A DNA stretch of 64,000 nucleotides. Source: Octopus bimaculoides. Taxonomy: Eukaryota. The notes below the pieces were generated by a model. The model was not told the origin of the DNA and made no database searches. It saw only the letters and a list, made by a program, of their open reading frames with translations. The stretch spans positions 2,843,070 through 2,907,069 of the forward strand of contig NC_068985.1 in assembly GCF_001194135.2 (NCBI RefSeq), in the 5' to 3' direction. Positions within the stretch are counted from its first letter, which is position 1, and every line of letters begins with the position of its first letter. Both the position numbers and the translations under genes were made by a program. Below are positions 1 to 12,689 of this stretch, piece after piece.

Positions 1-210
1 ACCCAGCTGAAACCGGCTCTGGCTCTCGGTACAAATGTCTTGTTTTCAAAAGTTTTGAATTAAAATCTTCCACCAAACCTTAGTCACAATGTCTGTTCCT
101 AACACTAGCTTAATGATAACTAAGTTATTTTACTAAATTCTTTGTTATATTTAAAGTAATTGAAATAAACACGGAGCATCTCAACAGAAATACAGTAATG
201 AAAGAGTTAA
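1..210. mobile_element. Right part of a piggyBac-like MITE (window starts inside it)
   Basis: Ends in GTAATGAAAGAGTTAA, resembling the ...AAAGGGTTAA termini of the MITEs at 28082-28317 and 50227-50514. The left end is outside the window. Confidence 0.4.
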
Positions 211-329
211 AAAATAAAAACAATTTTCATTCCAAAACTATTATTTCTTTGTTACTGTAGAGAGATTTGAAACTAAATCCCTGGATATGAGGTCAGGTTT
301 CAAGAGTCAGCTACTTTGGTTTCATGTGA

Positions 330-1295
330 TTGGTCTATGAACCGACCAATCGGCGTGAAGCAACTGTGTGGACAACTTTCCTTGAGCATTCTAGAATTTG
401 ATTTCCAGTCCTCTATAAAAAAACCTTCAACGTGCATTTTTAACAGCCAGATGACCCAAGAAGACAGCCAAAACAGATGGCACAGATAGATGACAGGAAC
501 CTCCATCACCACAAATGTAGCACAATTCTTTCCAGTTATGATGTGCAAGCCATATGTTGCTGTATCAACAGCTTGCCGTAAACTCCAGGCAGTATCTTTC
601 TCCAAAAATGTAATTATTGCTGTTCTTATCTGTAAAAGGCCAATGCAGTTTTGTCTTTACGTGTAACAATAAAATCAGTTGAATGTTCATGGGTGTTGTT
701 CAATTACTTTTACATGCAGCCTAAGAATAAAAATAATCTTCATCCTCAAAATAGTGTTTCCTTGTTACTAAAGAGGAGGACAATCTTATTTACTTCAAGA
801 CAAACAAAAACACTAAGGAAACCGAGGAGTATTATGTCTTACTTCTGGATAAAAAGTTTCCTTCTTTAAAATATTTCCAGAGTATTTAGACACTATGAGG
901 CATTAGAACGTTATTTATCTAATAAATTGTATCAAAATAAAACTAATCTCCATTTCTGAAACTGCCATCCAATGAGATTCGAAAGAAATCATTCATGATG
1001 ACTGATATTGGAGGGGTTTTCTGAAAGGAAGCAAAAACTATGTATATGGAAGAGAATTTGAAATTTATGATGAAACAAGGGAGGGAAAACTTTGGCATTT
1101 ATAGAACAGAGGAGAATTGAAAAAGATGGCTAACAATTCTGCAAAACTGCTGAGTCCCATGTTTATTCAGACCAACTTTCTGGAGACTATTGGTGTTAAT
1201 TCACAAATGGCATTGGCTTAATAAAGTTGTTATTGAAAAGTCTATAATTGAATTCTATTGGATCTCAATGTTTGCAGTGTTTGTTTTTCTCTTCC

Positions 1296-1334
<39 letters not shown>

Positions 1335-1830
1335 TAGATAGATAGATAGATAATAAATAATTATCTAAGAATCCATAAGTCAGAAAAACTATGCACTCAT
1401 ATATTTGTCAATAGAGGGTATATTAATCAAAGTGTTCAGTATTACACATCCATTACAGCTGATCTTAGCAAACAGTTTTGCACTGCATATTAAAAGCAGA
1501 TGCTCCTCAGGGCTGGCAGGCATGGAATAACTGCTCTCCGTTAATGGAGGTGAAAACATACACTCCATTTGTGAGTGCTGTGAAAAAAGATGAAACAAAG
1601 CTATAAGAGGAAAACTCAGCAACAGCAATGTCAAGAGTTATGGCCCTTGACCCAAAAGAGTCCCAGAGATGGTATAAGAGAATGTAAACGTTTCCAGGAA
1701 ATGCATACAGAAGGTAAAGAATCGGTATTCATTGATATTCAGCTAAAATGATTTGGCCATGGAAAAAACCATTTTGAAAAATTTTTAGCATCTGAACATT
1801 TACCTAAACAGAATAAGTGAGATGTTTAGT
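330..1830 (+). pseudogene. Heavily decayed Gypsy-like pol relic (RT connection/RNase H, then integrase-like)
   Basis: Manual translation with stops and frameshifts: KCSTILSSYDVQAICCCINSLP*TPGSIFLQ (like LTSAPVLAYYD..DAS..GLGAVLLQ); WRGFLKGSKNYVYGREFEIY (like RNase H YLYGREF.I.TDH); LLRAGRHGI...QQQCQE (like the integrase zinc finger). Motif order fits Gypsy, but similarity is weak. Confidence 0.4.
1302..1352. repeat. Compound (AT)n(AGAT)n microsatellite
   Basis: Seen directly. Confidence 0.95.
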
Positions 1831-2342
1831 TCTTATCCACATGGAAGAAGGTATATTTTATTATACCTACAAGCAGCAGCATGACTATAATCACTAGACT
1901 CTCCACCTTTGGCCCTCCCACAATCATATCCTGAGAACCCAGCAAAAAGCTAAACAAAAATATACACAAATGGACAGAAATACATATGTGCCCAAACACG
2001 GGCTTATTAAGTGTTCAGACATCAGCCCAACACTCCCATTCTGTCCCCACAAACCCCTACACAAATACCAACCCCTAAACACCTGCATACATTCCCAGAA
2101 AACTCTTGCTTCCTTACACCAAAGGACACAACTCTTGATATCACCCTGGCTCAGTTCACCTCCCTCAGCTTTCTTCGTCTTTTTTCATAACACCCACAAA
2201 CTGGATGTATTTTTCACCCCATTATTGGAGAGCAATCACTGTATTTTCTCTATACTCACTGGCTCTGAAGAGTACAAGGTGTTATCTAACATCTGGTTTT
2301 CAAACCCAGTATAATTGATGTATAATACTGTAGATATATATG

Positions 2343-2431
<89 letters not shown>
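2343..2431. repeat. (CA)n microsatellite
   Basis: About 44 uninterrupted CA units. Confidence 0.97.
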
Positions 2432-2435
<4 letters not shown>

Positions 2436-3683
2436 TGCATTTCAAAAGTGACAACTGGAAGAGGTGGTTGTCAGCAGAAAGAAATTATTTTGAGTGATGA
2501 CAAGTATATATACTAGGACAGGTGGAGTCAACAAATGTGTTGTAATTAATTCAATTAATTAATAAATATTAATGTGCTGAATCCTTTAGTGAGTGGCATT
2601 TAATGCATAAGTAAAGAGACAACAAGGAAGCCAATCCAAAGAATCATTAGAATGGTCTAACAATCCTGGAACCAACTCCACTTTACATCTTGGTAACAAA
2701 ATACCTATTAACTAAGTACTAAGGTAGATCTCTCTCTCTCTTTCTCTCTCTCGCAAAGAAGCACTCTCAGTATCCATTTCCTCTAAGACAATCACTTTCA
2801 CCTTACCTCATTGAAGAATGTGGTTGCCAAAGGTCTGGTAGAGCATGTTACATGACGATCTGGACAGAGACTAGACTTTTTTTTCATAACATTCGACCAT
2901 TGCCATTTATGGCATGGCTGACTGAGCTAAAGTGTTACCTCAGCATAACTCACCAGGTCCAACTTATCAGACCCCCTTACAATAATAAAATACCAACATT
3001 AAGAAAGATATTTTCCACCTAAAATAACATGGGAAAATAGATTTTATGTCAACGATAATAATGTCTTAATCACACCTTTGACTGTAGCATTTCATATAAA
3101 ACTTTAAAAATCCGAACAAAATTTTCAAATTCAGGATCAGGATTACAAACAAATTTTGCTAGACACCAAACCAATCCCCTATGTTATTTTGTACACAATA
3201 TTCTCTTACTAAACTACCATTTTGGGCTATACTATGAAAATCATAAAAGTAAAGGAAACAATATGCATCCAAGAAAACAAAAATCACAATAGTCTTGGAC
3301 ATAAAACAAGTCATACCATTCCAATATATTTTATATTTCTGTAACATCTAACGAAAGTAAACATTATCTCCTGAATAAGAAATGTTTCTATAGTAGTGTC
3401 AATATGAGAAAACTGACGCCACAACCAAAGGAGAAGATAGAACTGCCTCATTTAATGATTCACCAGTAAGTCTGTATTGCTAAATTGCTATGTCTTTAGA
3501 ATCATGTAAGAAATGAGAAAACAACTGGTGAATAAAACAAATGACAAGAGACAGAAATAACACAAAAATAAATCATCATCTCCACAAACAATGTTTAAAT
3601 AACACGTTTCTGGGAAATTATTTTTTTTTAAATGGTTTATCTTCAATATAATTTTCAAACTAAATTAATTTCTTACCATTATA

Positions 3684-3694
3684 TTCTTCTTCTT

Positions 3695-3760
<66 letters not shown>
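3684..3760. repeat. Compound (CTT)n(ATT)n microsatellite
   Basis: Seen directly; source of the poly-L/poly-I ORF 3632-3898. Confidence 0.95.
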
Positions 3761-3762
<2 letters not shown>

Positions 3763-4404
3763 AATTTTCAGCTTGGTTCACAAGATATTTGAAAATTTGA
3801 AGAATATCATTATTTTCAGGGTAAAAAGCAAGAACACAGAGGCAAAGGTTCGAAAGACTTGGTTTTCAACATCCCATTCTAGTCCAATACATTTTTAGAT
3901 GAAAGCCTGCCAGAAAAGATAAAATAAGTACTGGGCCCACTTTAATTAATTGATATTTTCAATTTTCCTCCACTACAGATATATCAATAACACGGCATCA
4001 ATGCAAAAATACATTTTTTTTTAATGGATTTCACAGGAGCCTGAAATTAAATCAGGACACACACACTTAAAACTGCAACAACAACCAGTAAAACAAACAG
4101 ACCTATGAAATGACATAATCTTGGTAAAAATTTTAAAAAATATGATAGGAATGAAATAAAAAACACAAATAACTTCCGACTGTTGTTGTTGCTCAGGATT
4201 ACCTTCGCCCCACACCAAACATTAAAAACAAACATGCCTTTTTCTTTTTTATCACAGTTATTGTATGCAAACAGTTCCGACACAAAATATTCCAGTTGAT
4301 CCAATCAATAGAACAGCCTGCTTGTGAAATTTTGAGTACTGGGTTTTCTATATCCTTCGTTGGTACTCCTTTCTCCTGTACTTTTTTTATCACATAGTTA
4401 TCAT

Positions 4405-4670
4405 GCATGACTTAGTGGTAAGGATATTTGGCTCACAAATGTATGGTTATAATTTCAACTCTTGGCAGTGCACTGTTTCCTTGAGCAAGACACTTTATTT
4501 CACGTTGCATCAGTCCACTCAGCTGGCAAAAATTGATTAGTGCCTGTATACAAAAGGGCCGGCCTCATCACATTCTGTGTCACATTCAATCTCTCTGACA
4601 ACTATGTTAAGGGTAAACATACCTGTAGAGTGCTCAGACATTTGCACGTTAATTTCACAAGCAGGCTGTC
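4405..4670 (+). mobile_element. SINE family D copy (tRNA-like head)
   Basis: Head GACTTAGTGGTAAGG...CCTTGAGCAAGACACTTTATTTCAC; homologous reverse copy at ~7690-7975, fragments at 4290-4331 and 5710-5762. Confidence 0.7.
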
Positions 4671-5064
4671 CTCCACTCTCTCTCTCTCCCTCTTGCTCTT
4701 CCTTCAGGTTGGATAATCAAGAATCTCCTTTATAACAGCACACCCGTTTCTGTCCTTATTCTCGATCACTCTCTCTCTCTCTCTGGCCAGATAACCATGT
4801 ACCTCCTCTACATCAAGAGACCTGTTTCTGCCTCTTTGCCTCTCTGTAACACTCAGACCTTTCACCGGTGCCTTTTACATGTCACCAACACAAGTGCTTT
4901 TAATGTGGCACCAGCACCTGTGAACTCATAAGACAAGGACCTCTCCGCTGAAAGATTAGAGTATGATAGAGGGACAGAGGTTAGCCTTTTTATCATCAAA
5001 GAGACGCTTGGCTGAAATCTTTGTTATAGTGAATCATGTCCAAGCTGGAAAATGTTTTGAAATT

Positions 5065-5613
5065 TGTTTCAGTCATTTGATTGTGACCATGCTGGAGCAT
5101 GACCTTTAGTCGAACAAATCAACCCCAGGACTTGTTCTTTGTAAGCCTAGTACTTACTCTAGCGGTCTCTTTTGCCGAACTGCTAAGTTGCGGGGATGTA
5201 AACACACCAACATCAGTTGTCAAGCGATGGTGAGGGGACAAACATNNNNNNNNNNNNNNNNNNNNNNNNNNNNNNNNNNNNNNNNNNNNNNNNNNNNNNN
5301 NNNNNNNNNNNNNNNNNNNNNNNNNNNNNNNNNNNNNNNNNNNNNNNNNNNNNNNNNNNNNNNNNNNNNNNNNNNNNNNNNNNNNNNNNNNNNNNNNNNN
5401 NNNNNNNNNNNNNNNNNNNNNNATATATATATATATATATACATATGAATGACAGGCTTCTTTCAGTTTCTGTCTACCAAATCCACTCACAAGGCTTTGG
5501 TCGGCTCAAGGCTATAGTAGAAGACACTTGCCCAAGGTGCCACTTAGTGGGGCTGAACCTAAAACCATGTGGTTAGGAAGCAAGCTTCTTACCACACAGC
5601 CATGCCTGCGCCT
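5065..5613 (-). mobile_element. SINE family A copy with internal microsatellite and gap
   Basis: Tail TTGTTTCAGTCATTTGA...CCATGCTGG and head ...CCAAGGTGCC...GAACC...CATGTGGTT...CACAGCCATGCCTGCGCCT; many homologous copies in the window. Confidence 0.85.
5246..5422. other. Assembly gap (N run)
   Basis: Other N runs at 7584-7593, 15582-15591, 17536-17873, 42018-42027 and 56956-57068, mostly beside microsatellites or repeats. Confidence 0.99.
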
Positions 5614-5787
5614 ATATAGCAAAATTTTTTATATGGTTTAGCATCATTTTTATGTGCCACGGGCACAGGGGCCAGAGGAGGAACTAGCAATCGTCACAGG
5701 GGCCAGAGGAGCTATGTTGAGGGTAAATGTATCTGTAGAGTGCTCAGACATTTGTACGTTGATTTTACATTTCATCCACATCTGAAA

Positions 5788-5918
5788 TGCAGAAAAGCTG
5801 TTGGTAGAAATTACATATGGTGCACTAATTGCAAACTGTGGACACCTAAGAGATGTAGTGGGAATCACAGAAAGATTAACAGAGAAAGCAGGCTTTGTGT
5901 GTGACAGATGTACAGGAG
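5788..5918 (+). pseudogene. RTE-type LINE ORF2 Cys-rich fragment
   Basis: CRKAVGRNYIWCTNCKLWTPKRCSG / GITERLTEKAGFVCDRCTG (one frameshift), resembling the C..C..GVG.NSI.C..C..WVHK.CSGI insert of RTE-group RTs. Confidence 0.65.
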
Positions 5919-6605
5919 CAACACTCTATACAAGAAGAACACACAAAAATATGCTTTCACGGACAACCAAAGTAGAATGCTAAAAAGAAGACTGATGGTC
6001 ACTGAAATACTCTCATTACATTTATCTTCCATTCTTTTCCTACTCATTCCCATGATACCCACCAACCTCTCTTCTCACTCCCCCACCCCCATTACGGCCT
6101 CTCTTTCTTTCATTATTACCCTCTCCTCAAACATTCTCTGTCGTCTTGACACCTTCTTATTTCTCTCTCATGCTGGTTCCCCCCCACTGCCACATTTTCC
6201 TTTCATCCAGGACCCCCCCCTCTTCACACCTTATCTAGCTCCCTCTCTCTTGCTCCTTCATGCTTCCTCCTACCACCCACACTTCCTGTCCATATACAAT
6301 CCTTTAACCAATAACTCAGTTTCACCCCAACATACATTTTTCTCTCTCACCCACCCACCCCCACCTAAAGCCATCCATCTCTCTTTTATCACTCTTCAAT
6401 TAGAGGCAGAGGTTACTTCAGTCTTGAAAGTTACAAAAGGGGACTTCACCAGTGCTGGTGCCATGATAAAAACGTGTCCAGGACATTTTGTCAGGTGGTT
6501 GCTTGTTAGGAAGGGCACCGTGCCACAGAAATTAAGTGGAAACGAGACATTGGAGAAAGACATGCTACAGATATGCTGAATTCTTGAAAGCAGAGGAAAC
6601 GGATT

Positions 6606-6745
6606 GATGATGACGATGACGATGACGATTATGTTGCTGTTGATGATGATGACGATGATGACGACGATTATGTTATTGTTGATGATGATGATGACGATGA
6701 TGACGATTATGTTATTGTTGATGATGATGATGATGATGATGATAT
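6606..6745. repeat. (GAT/GAC)n microsatellite with ~36-39-bp higher-order unit
   Basis: GACGATTATGTT(G/A)(C/T)TGTTGATGATGAT recurs three times. Confidence 0.85.
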
Positions 6746-7415
6746 TATAGTGTGATAAGGCCTTTCAGAAACAAATACACAATTAGAGAGAAATCTCTTA
6801 GCTCTTAATGAATTAAATTATTCAAAAACTTACTAAAAAAATATAGTAAAATTTACTACTCGTCTCCATTAGTGAAAATATGTAATATGCATCAAGTAAT
6901 GCAACTGTGAAATCATAAAAACATAGAGGTTCTTTTTTTAATTTTTTATCTGCAATTAATAAGTTGCTAGTGTACTGTAGCTTTTGGTCACACTATGACA
7001 GCCAGTAGAGCACTTATTTTGTCTCTATTTCTGATAAGGCTGTGATTGTTGTTACACACTTCACCAATCAATATTTAGTTCATGAACATCATTTAATAAA
7101 CCAGAATAGTTTGAGAACATACTGACTTCTTAAAGTGTTATTCAAGACAGAATCTTCAATCTGAGCCAGATCCAAGAAAGAGGAGTCAAAAACAGAAAGA
7201 ACCGAAGTCATATTTGTTCATGTAAATTAAAGCTGTTATTAATTTCATCTCTTACAGATGATGCTGAAGAAGTTGAAAATGCTGGGTAAGATGGGTCTGA
7301 TTAGACAGATCCTTCATTGGCAATCAGAAAGGAAACATAAAATGTCTTTTTTTTTTTGCCTTGATAAGCATGGAGCAAGGGTATGTTCTTACACCTGCAC
7401 TTTTTGAATTGTTAT

Positions 7416-7680
7416 ACTGAGTGATGGTTGAGACTGAGTGATGGTTGAGACTGAGCGATGGTTGAGACTGAGTGATGGTTGAGACTGAGTGATGGTTGAG
7501 ACTGAGTGATGGTTGAGACTGAGTGATGGTTGAGACTGAGCGATGGTTGAGACTGAGTGATGGTTGAGACTGAGCGATGGTTGNNNNNNNNNNTACTGAG
7601 TGATGGTTGAGACTGAGTGATGGTTGAGACTGAGCGATGGTTGAGACTGAGTGATGGTTGAGACTGAGCGATGGTTGAGA
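7416..7680. repeat. 17-bp minisatellite (ACTGAG[T/C]GATGGTTGAG)n
   Basis: About 15 units around a 10-N gap; only a T/C variant at one position; no spacers. Confidence 0.95.
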
Positions 7681-7689
7681 CAATATTTG

Positions 7690-7975
7690 ATGACACTCTA
7701 TCACTTATGATGAGTGTTCCAGTTGAACTGATCATGAAATTAACATGCAAGTGGTTGAGTACTCCACAGTCGTGTGTATCCTTAATGTAGTTCTCTGCAG
7801 GATTCAGTGTGACACAGAATGTGACAATGTTGGCTCTTCGAAATACAGGTACAACTCGTTTTTGCCAAATGAGTGGACTGGAGCAACAGGAAAATAAAGT
7901 GTCTTTCTCAAAGGCACAACTCACTGCCAGGAGTCGAACTCACAACTTTACAACCATGAGCCAAATAGCCTCACA
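7690..7975 (-). mobile_element. SINE family D copy
   Basis: Reverse-complement homolog of 4405-4670. Confidence 0.7.
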
Positions 7976-10900
7976 TCCAAGCCACATCCTGTCACTTTAT
8001 GACACATGGAGCAGTGCAGACGAGTGATTTTGATTCAACAGAGGTATCTTCAAACTACACAGATTCAATCAAAGTCTAAGAATTGGAATGCGATGGTTGA
8101 TAAGTTACAATTTTCTGATAACTCTTCTTGTGTCATACACACAGGTGTGTTATAATATTTTACTGTAATCAAGTCTCATCATCCAAATGTTCATTCCACC
8201 ATCAGTTTTCCTGAATAACATGTTCCTCTTTGGTCTGCTGAAAAAACAAGTATCAACCGTCACGTCGAGCTACCATCACATCTAACTGAAACCAGAACAA
8301 CTTTGCATAGGCTATGGTACAACCATGATGTGTTACTAACAACATTCAAGTTTATATCGCATGGAAAGCACATGCAGATGGGAGTCACACGTTGAGACTC
8401 ACTCTCATGGAGTGACAATCTGTGACAAAATTTATTTTCCATTAGAGTCACATATTTTCAGGAAAACAGACTCCAGTGTGTAGAGGAGAAGTAGAGTAAT
8501 ACTGCATTGAGACAAGTCTCAACATCAATGGACACAAAAAAACCAAAACCTAAGACTTGGTTAGATTGTCTCTTAAATTTACATGTGAGAACATGCAACT
8601 TTAACAGACACTTGTGATGCAGGTATCTTCTGCAAAACCAAGGAATGAAATTTGGTTGAAGACAATTGTGTGGAAGCTTAATGGAGGGTTAATTCTTGTC
8701 CTTGGATAGTAGACCTGGTTTATCACCTGATTTAACACCATCACCAGGTATAAGGGTGCTTCAGTAGAGTCTGCTCTATTACAAGCATTCAGATGAGGCC
8801 TGTGTTAGAGGATAATTGTCTTCTTTCCTCTCACCAGTCTCAGAGGCCCTAAAAAGTGACCATAGGTGGTACCCGTCTTCACCTACACAAGCCATTAAAA
8901 AACAAAGAAATATTCCACCAATACCATTTTCACTTAAGCCAGAAAAACTACTATTACTAGAAAAAAACAGGTTTCCTGCTTGCTTCAAATTGCAGAACTA
9001 TCACATACATACAAATACCAAACAATATGATGTGGTGTGGTGTGGTGTGGTGTGGTGCGCTGCACTGTGTTGCAATGTTTACAAATAACATCAGATGTAG
9101 TATGACTTCCTGCTAAAAAGAAATATATTAAAGTAAACCACTACAAAACCATTCTGACTGTGTATACACCTGTTGTAAGGTTTCTACAATCAGACAGAAA
9201 TAATCATTATATACACTGAAACATCTTCAAAGTGCAAAGAGTGACCTCTAGGTGACAAGGCTATACACAGTTGGCAGGGACAAATTGCCAAAATTCAAAG
9301 AATTTTCTAAATCCTGAATCCAACCAGGAAGGCAGTGCTTGAGTATGGCCTTGGTCATGATGGCTGAAACAAATTAAAGAAAACATCCTTTCTTTGGAAG
9401 TTACTCTTTTTTAACTGATTAGTTCAGTGAACATTTCATCCCCACCCCATTTGAGGCCTACCTTACTCTGATAATTACATTTATCGCTATTACCCTGTGC
9501 TGAACTTCTATAATTATGTTGTCCAACAGCAAATTCTCTAAACTCTATTCTCCCCACCCCCACCCCTCTTCCTTTATACCACTATTTCTTCCTTCAAAAG
9601 TTGAAAGGCAACTTTATTTTTATTCTTTCGGTTTTTTTTTTTCTGGTCTTTTTTTTTTCTAAACTGAGTCTTATTAATCATGATTGTCACTATGATATGC
9701 AATGCATTTTTATGTCAGCTCACAAACTCTTCACACAAGGTTAACAGCATCATTAGACACTTTGATTTCTGTATTAAATTATCAATATTTGACATGATAC
9801 ACTTTCATGAAATAATCCTAACTGAAGGAAATTAGCATTTAATTTTCGTATTCAGTCACTGTTTTCCCTTTGCCTGGTTTTGTGCTGTTTCTTCCTGTCA
9901 TTGTCATCATGATTTCCTCCCCAAATGACATTTTAAAGAAAATCAGAAAATTTCTAAACAAATTTTAAATGTTGCAGTGGAACTTTTAACAAGTAAGAAG
10001 ACAATCCTCAATATTTTCAAAGTTCTCTGAGGAATTGAACACTGCAAAATTAAAGAAACAGATACCATCCCCACCCACCCACCAAAACCAGAAAAACAAC
10101 AAATGCAGAGCTAATAAAAAGTTGCTAAACTTTGAAGATGATAAGATTTCAAACACAGGTGACTCACAATAGCAAAAATGAGAATCTTAGTAATTTTGAC
10201 TTCTTTTCACTAATTTTAAAAGAAATTCTTCAATAATTTAATTCCCCCTTTTGTTTTTATTGATTTCTTCTTCTACTGTGAAAAATTTAATTAACATTTT
10301 TTTGTTGTTGTTGTTGGAACCATGAAGTAAATCTCTTAGCGACAAGGCAATGTTAAATAAATGAAAAAAAAAAATTAAATAAATGAAATAGAATTTTGAC
10401 AAAGAAATATAAATTTCTGTAAAATAAAATAAAATAAAAATTAAAGTTAAAAATTCTTTAGTATAAGAATGCAATAAGTGTTTCTAAATGAGTACATAAA
10501 TTTAAATCCTGATTAGATTATAGATATCAACACAAGGCTCCAAATATCTAAGGAAATAGTCGAGTTAATTCACTGAGACAAGTACATGACTGGTATAAGT
10601 TTACTGAAGCCAAAGCAGCAAAGGAGGACGTCAATCCTAGTAGTCATTTGAACTCAGAATGTTGAGGAATAGGAAGGAATATTCTTAGCCATTAAGACCT
10701 GCACTCCCTGTTTTGGCCACTCCTCTGCCTTTCATCAACTACTCCATTGGGAGGTGGATTAATCGAATTCTATATGGACTTCGAATAACCTGTGAATGTG
10801 ATTGTTGACCAGAATCTGTATATTCTCAGTCCTCATTACCTATATAGGTTTCAAATTTAGACACAAAGCCAGCAAGTTTGAGCAGGTGGAGTAAGTCAAC

Positions 10901-11119
10901 TACATTGACCCCCCATACTCAGCTGGTACTTATTTTATCGACCTGGATGTTTGTCTTAGCCCTTCTCAATGAATGTGATCTGAAACAGAATGTTAAGTGA
11001 ATGATGATGAGACAATGGATAAAGCAAAACTTTTGAGAGAAACATTTTAAGAAGATTTAAAAGAAAGGTCATAATTCTAGTAAAAAAAAAAAACCATATA
11101 AAGACATATAAAGTAAGTG

Positions 11120-11990
11120 TCTAATAACAAGTTAACTGATCTCTCTCATGCACATGGAGCATGTTACCAAGTACATGTGTAAACAACTTCAGCAGGCCAT
11201 GAATGGAGGATGCACCAAATTTACTCATTATTCTTTCAAACACAACAGCATTAATGTGGCAGATTGAAATCTGACAAAGGGAATAAAAATGCACACCTGG
11301 TTGATGGTAGAAACTGCGAATGACAGCAAGAAACTTGGATAGTGAGAGCTTCTTGCATGCGACCAGGGTGTTTGTGTTGAAGATAAAGAAAGAACCAGAA
11401 GCCACCAGTAGGGAAATGTCATCCAACACCAAGAGAAAGATTCTCAATGCAACACTAGCAGAAAGTTAAGTCCAAATGAATAGGTCCAGGATGCCCTCAA
11501 TGGCAAGTCTACAAAGCAATGAGGATCATTGCCAAGCAGTTCAAGATGGCAGAGTCTACTATCATGACAACATCAGGTACAAGTCCTACATGAACAGGTG
11601 TAGGCAGTTCAAGACATGAAACACTCAGGAACATGTACAATTCCCTATGCTTTCTCCCATGTAGCACTCAGATGGGTGGATGGTTGAAAACTTTCAATCA
11701 TGTGACGCACCTTCACATGTAGCTTCCCAGCTTTTGTGATCTGAACCCCAGATTTAGAATGTCTGAAGAGAAATACTTTTGATGACACATTCAAGATGGA
11801 AACCATCTCACAAGATCAAAGTCTCATTGAAGGTTGCCATTATGGATGTAATGATCAACAGGGACAAGAACCAGCTGACCCTGGAATTCAGTGGCACCTG
11901 TGACTGTGCCAAGACCACCACTGAGATTGAGGATGGTGGCATTCAATGATGCTTTCTTTGACATATCTAGGGAAAATGTGCTGCATTTTC
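11120..11990 (-). pseudogene. Degenerate RTE-like reverse transcriptase fossil
   Basis: KFLAVIRSFY and SKFGASSIHGLLKLFTHVLGNMLH resemble the RTE RT motifs KFI.II.SFH and GVKQGCVLAPTLF.I.F..ML; many disruptions. Confidence 0.4.
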
Positions 11991-12072
11991 CTGGAAATAT
12001 ATTACTTTATATTTTCTACTTAACATCTTTGGTTTTTCCATACATTTTATTTTGTTCTTAATCACTTAGCAC

Positions 12073-12110
<38 letters not shown>

Positions 12111-12689
12111 CGTGCGCATGCGCTAATAAGAGCATCCAGGCAAAAATAAAATAGATGAAAGAGTCAGTCCTCCAACTCATTTTAGAAGGGAGTAACACTA
12201 ACCAGGAACTGAATCAGACTGTGAAAATCTCTCGAGCCCATGCTGAATGGGAAGGAGGGCATGATGATGGTGATGATGGTGATGGTGGCAGCAGTGGTAG
12301 CAGTAACGATAAAGATCATCATTATAACCATATCCACATTTCTATACTTGCATGGATCAGACAGAATTCATTGAAGAAGAACATGGCTAGATGCCCTACC
12401 TGTGTCCCAATAAGGTAAGATTTCCTTGTGGCTAGACTCATCTCCAAGGAAGACTGAGAACAAACTGCAGCCTTTGTGTGACAATGATGCTCATATGCAA
12501 CTCTTGCATGATGTTAAGACAAGAGATATGCATTGACAGAAACACACATGCATATGCACACACACACACACATACATACCGAACTGTCTTACACAGGATC
12601 TTGTTTTTAGGAATTCCTAATAAGTTATGAATACCCAAATTGTGAAGTCAGTTATGTAATAACATGAAATTAGTTACCCGACAGTAAGA

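Noticed and set aside
4047-4408. Overlapping minus-strand ORFs as an exon
   Set aside because: The core (4290-4331) is an inverted SINE-D fragment.
5540-5613. tRNA gene (also other SINE heads)
   Set aside because: The tRNA-like A/B-box heads continue into SINE bodies, are multi-copy and degenerate, and give no complete cloverleaf.
5908-6579. 223-aa ORF
   Set aside because: Runs through RTE debris, CT-rich low-complexity sequence and a decayed SINE-C-like tail; no coherent protein.
7263-7280. Hammerhead-like CTGAAGA-AGTT-GAAA
   Set aside because: No stem II pairing, no helix I/III and no NUH triplet.
7416-7680. CRISPR-like array
   Set aside because: Head-to-tail 17-bp units with no unique spacers, in eukaryotic context with no cas genes.
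8150-8440. Mariner transposase C-terminal remnant
   Set aside because: Only FLFGLLKK resembles FHLFGPLK; too weak.
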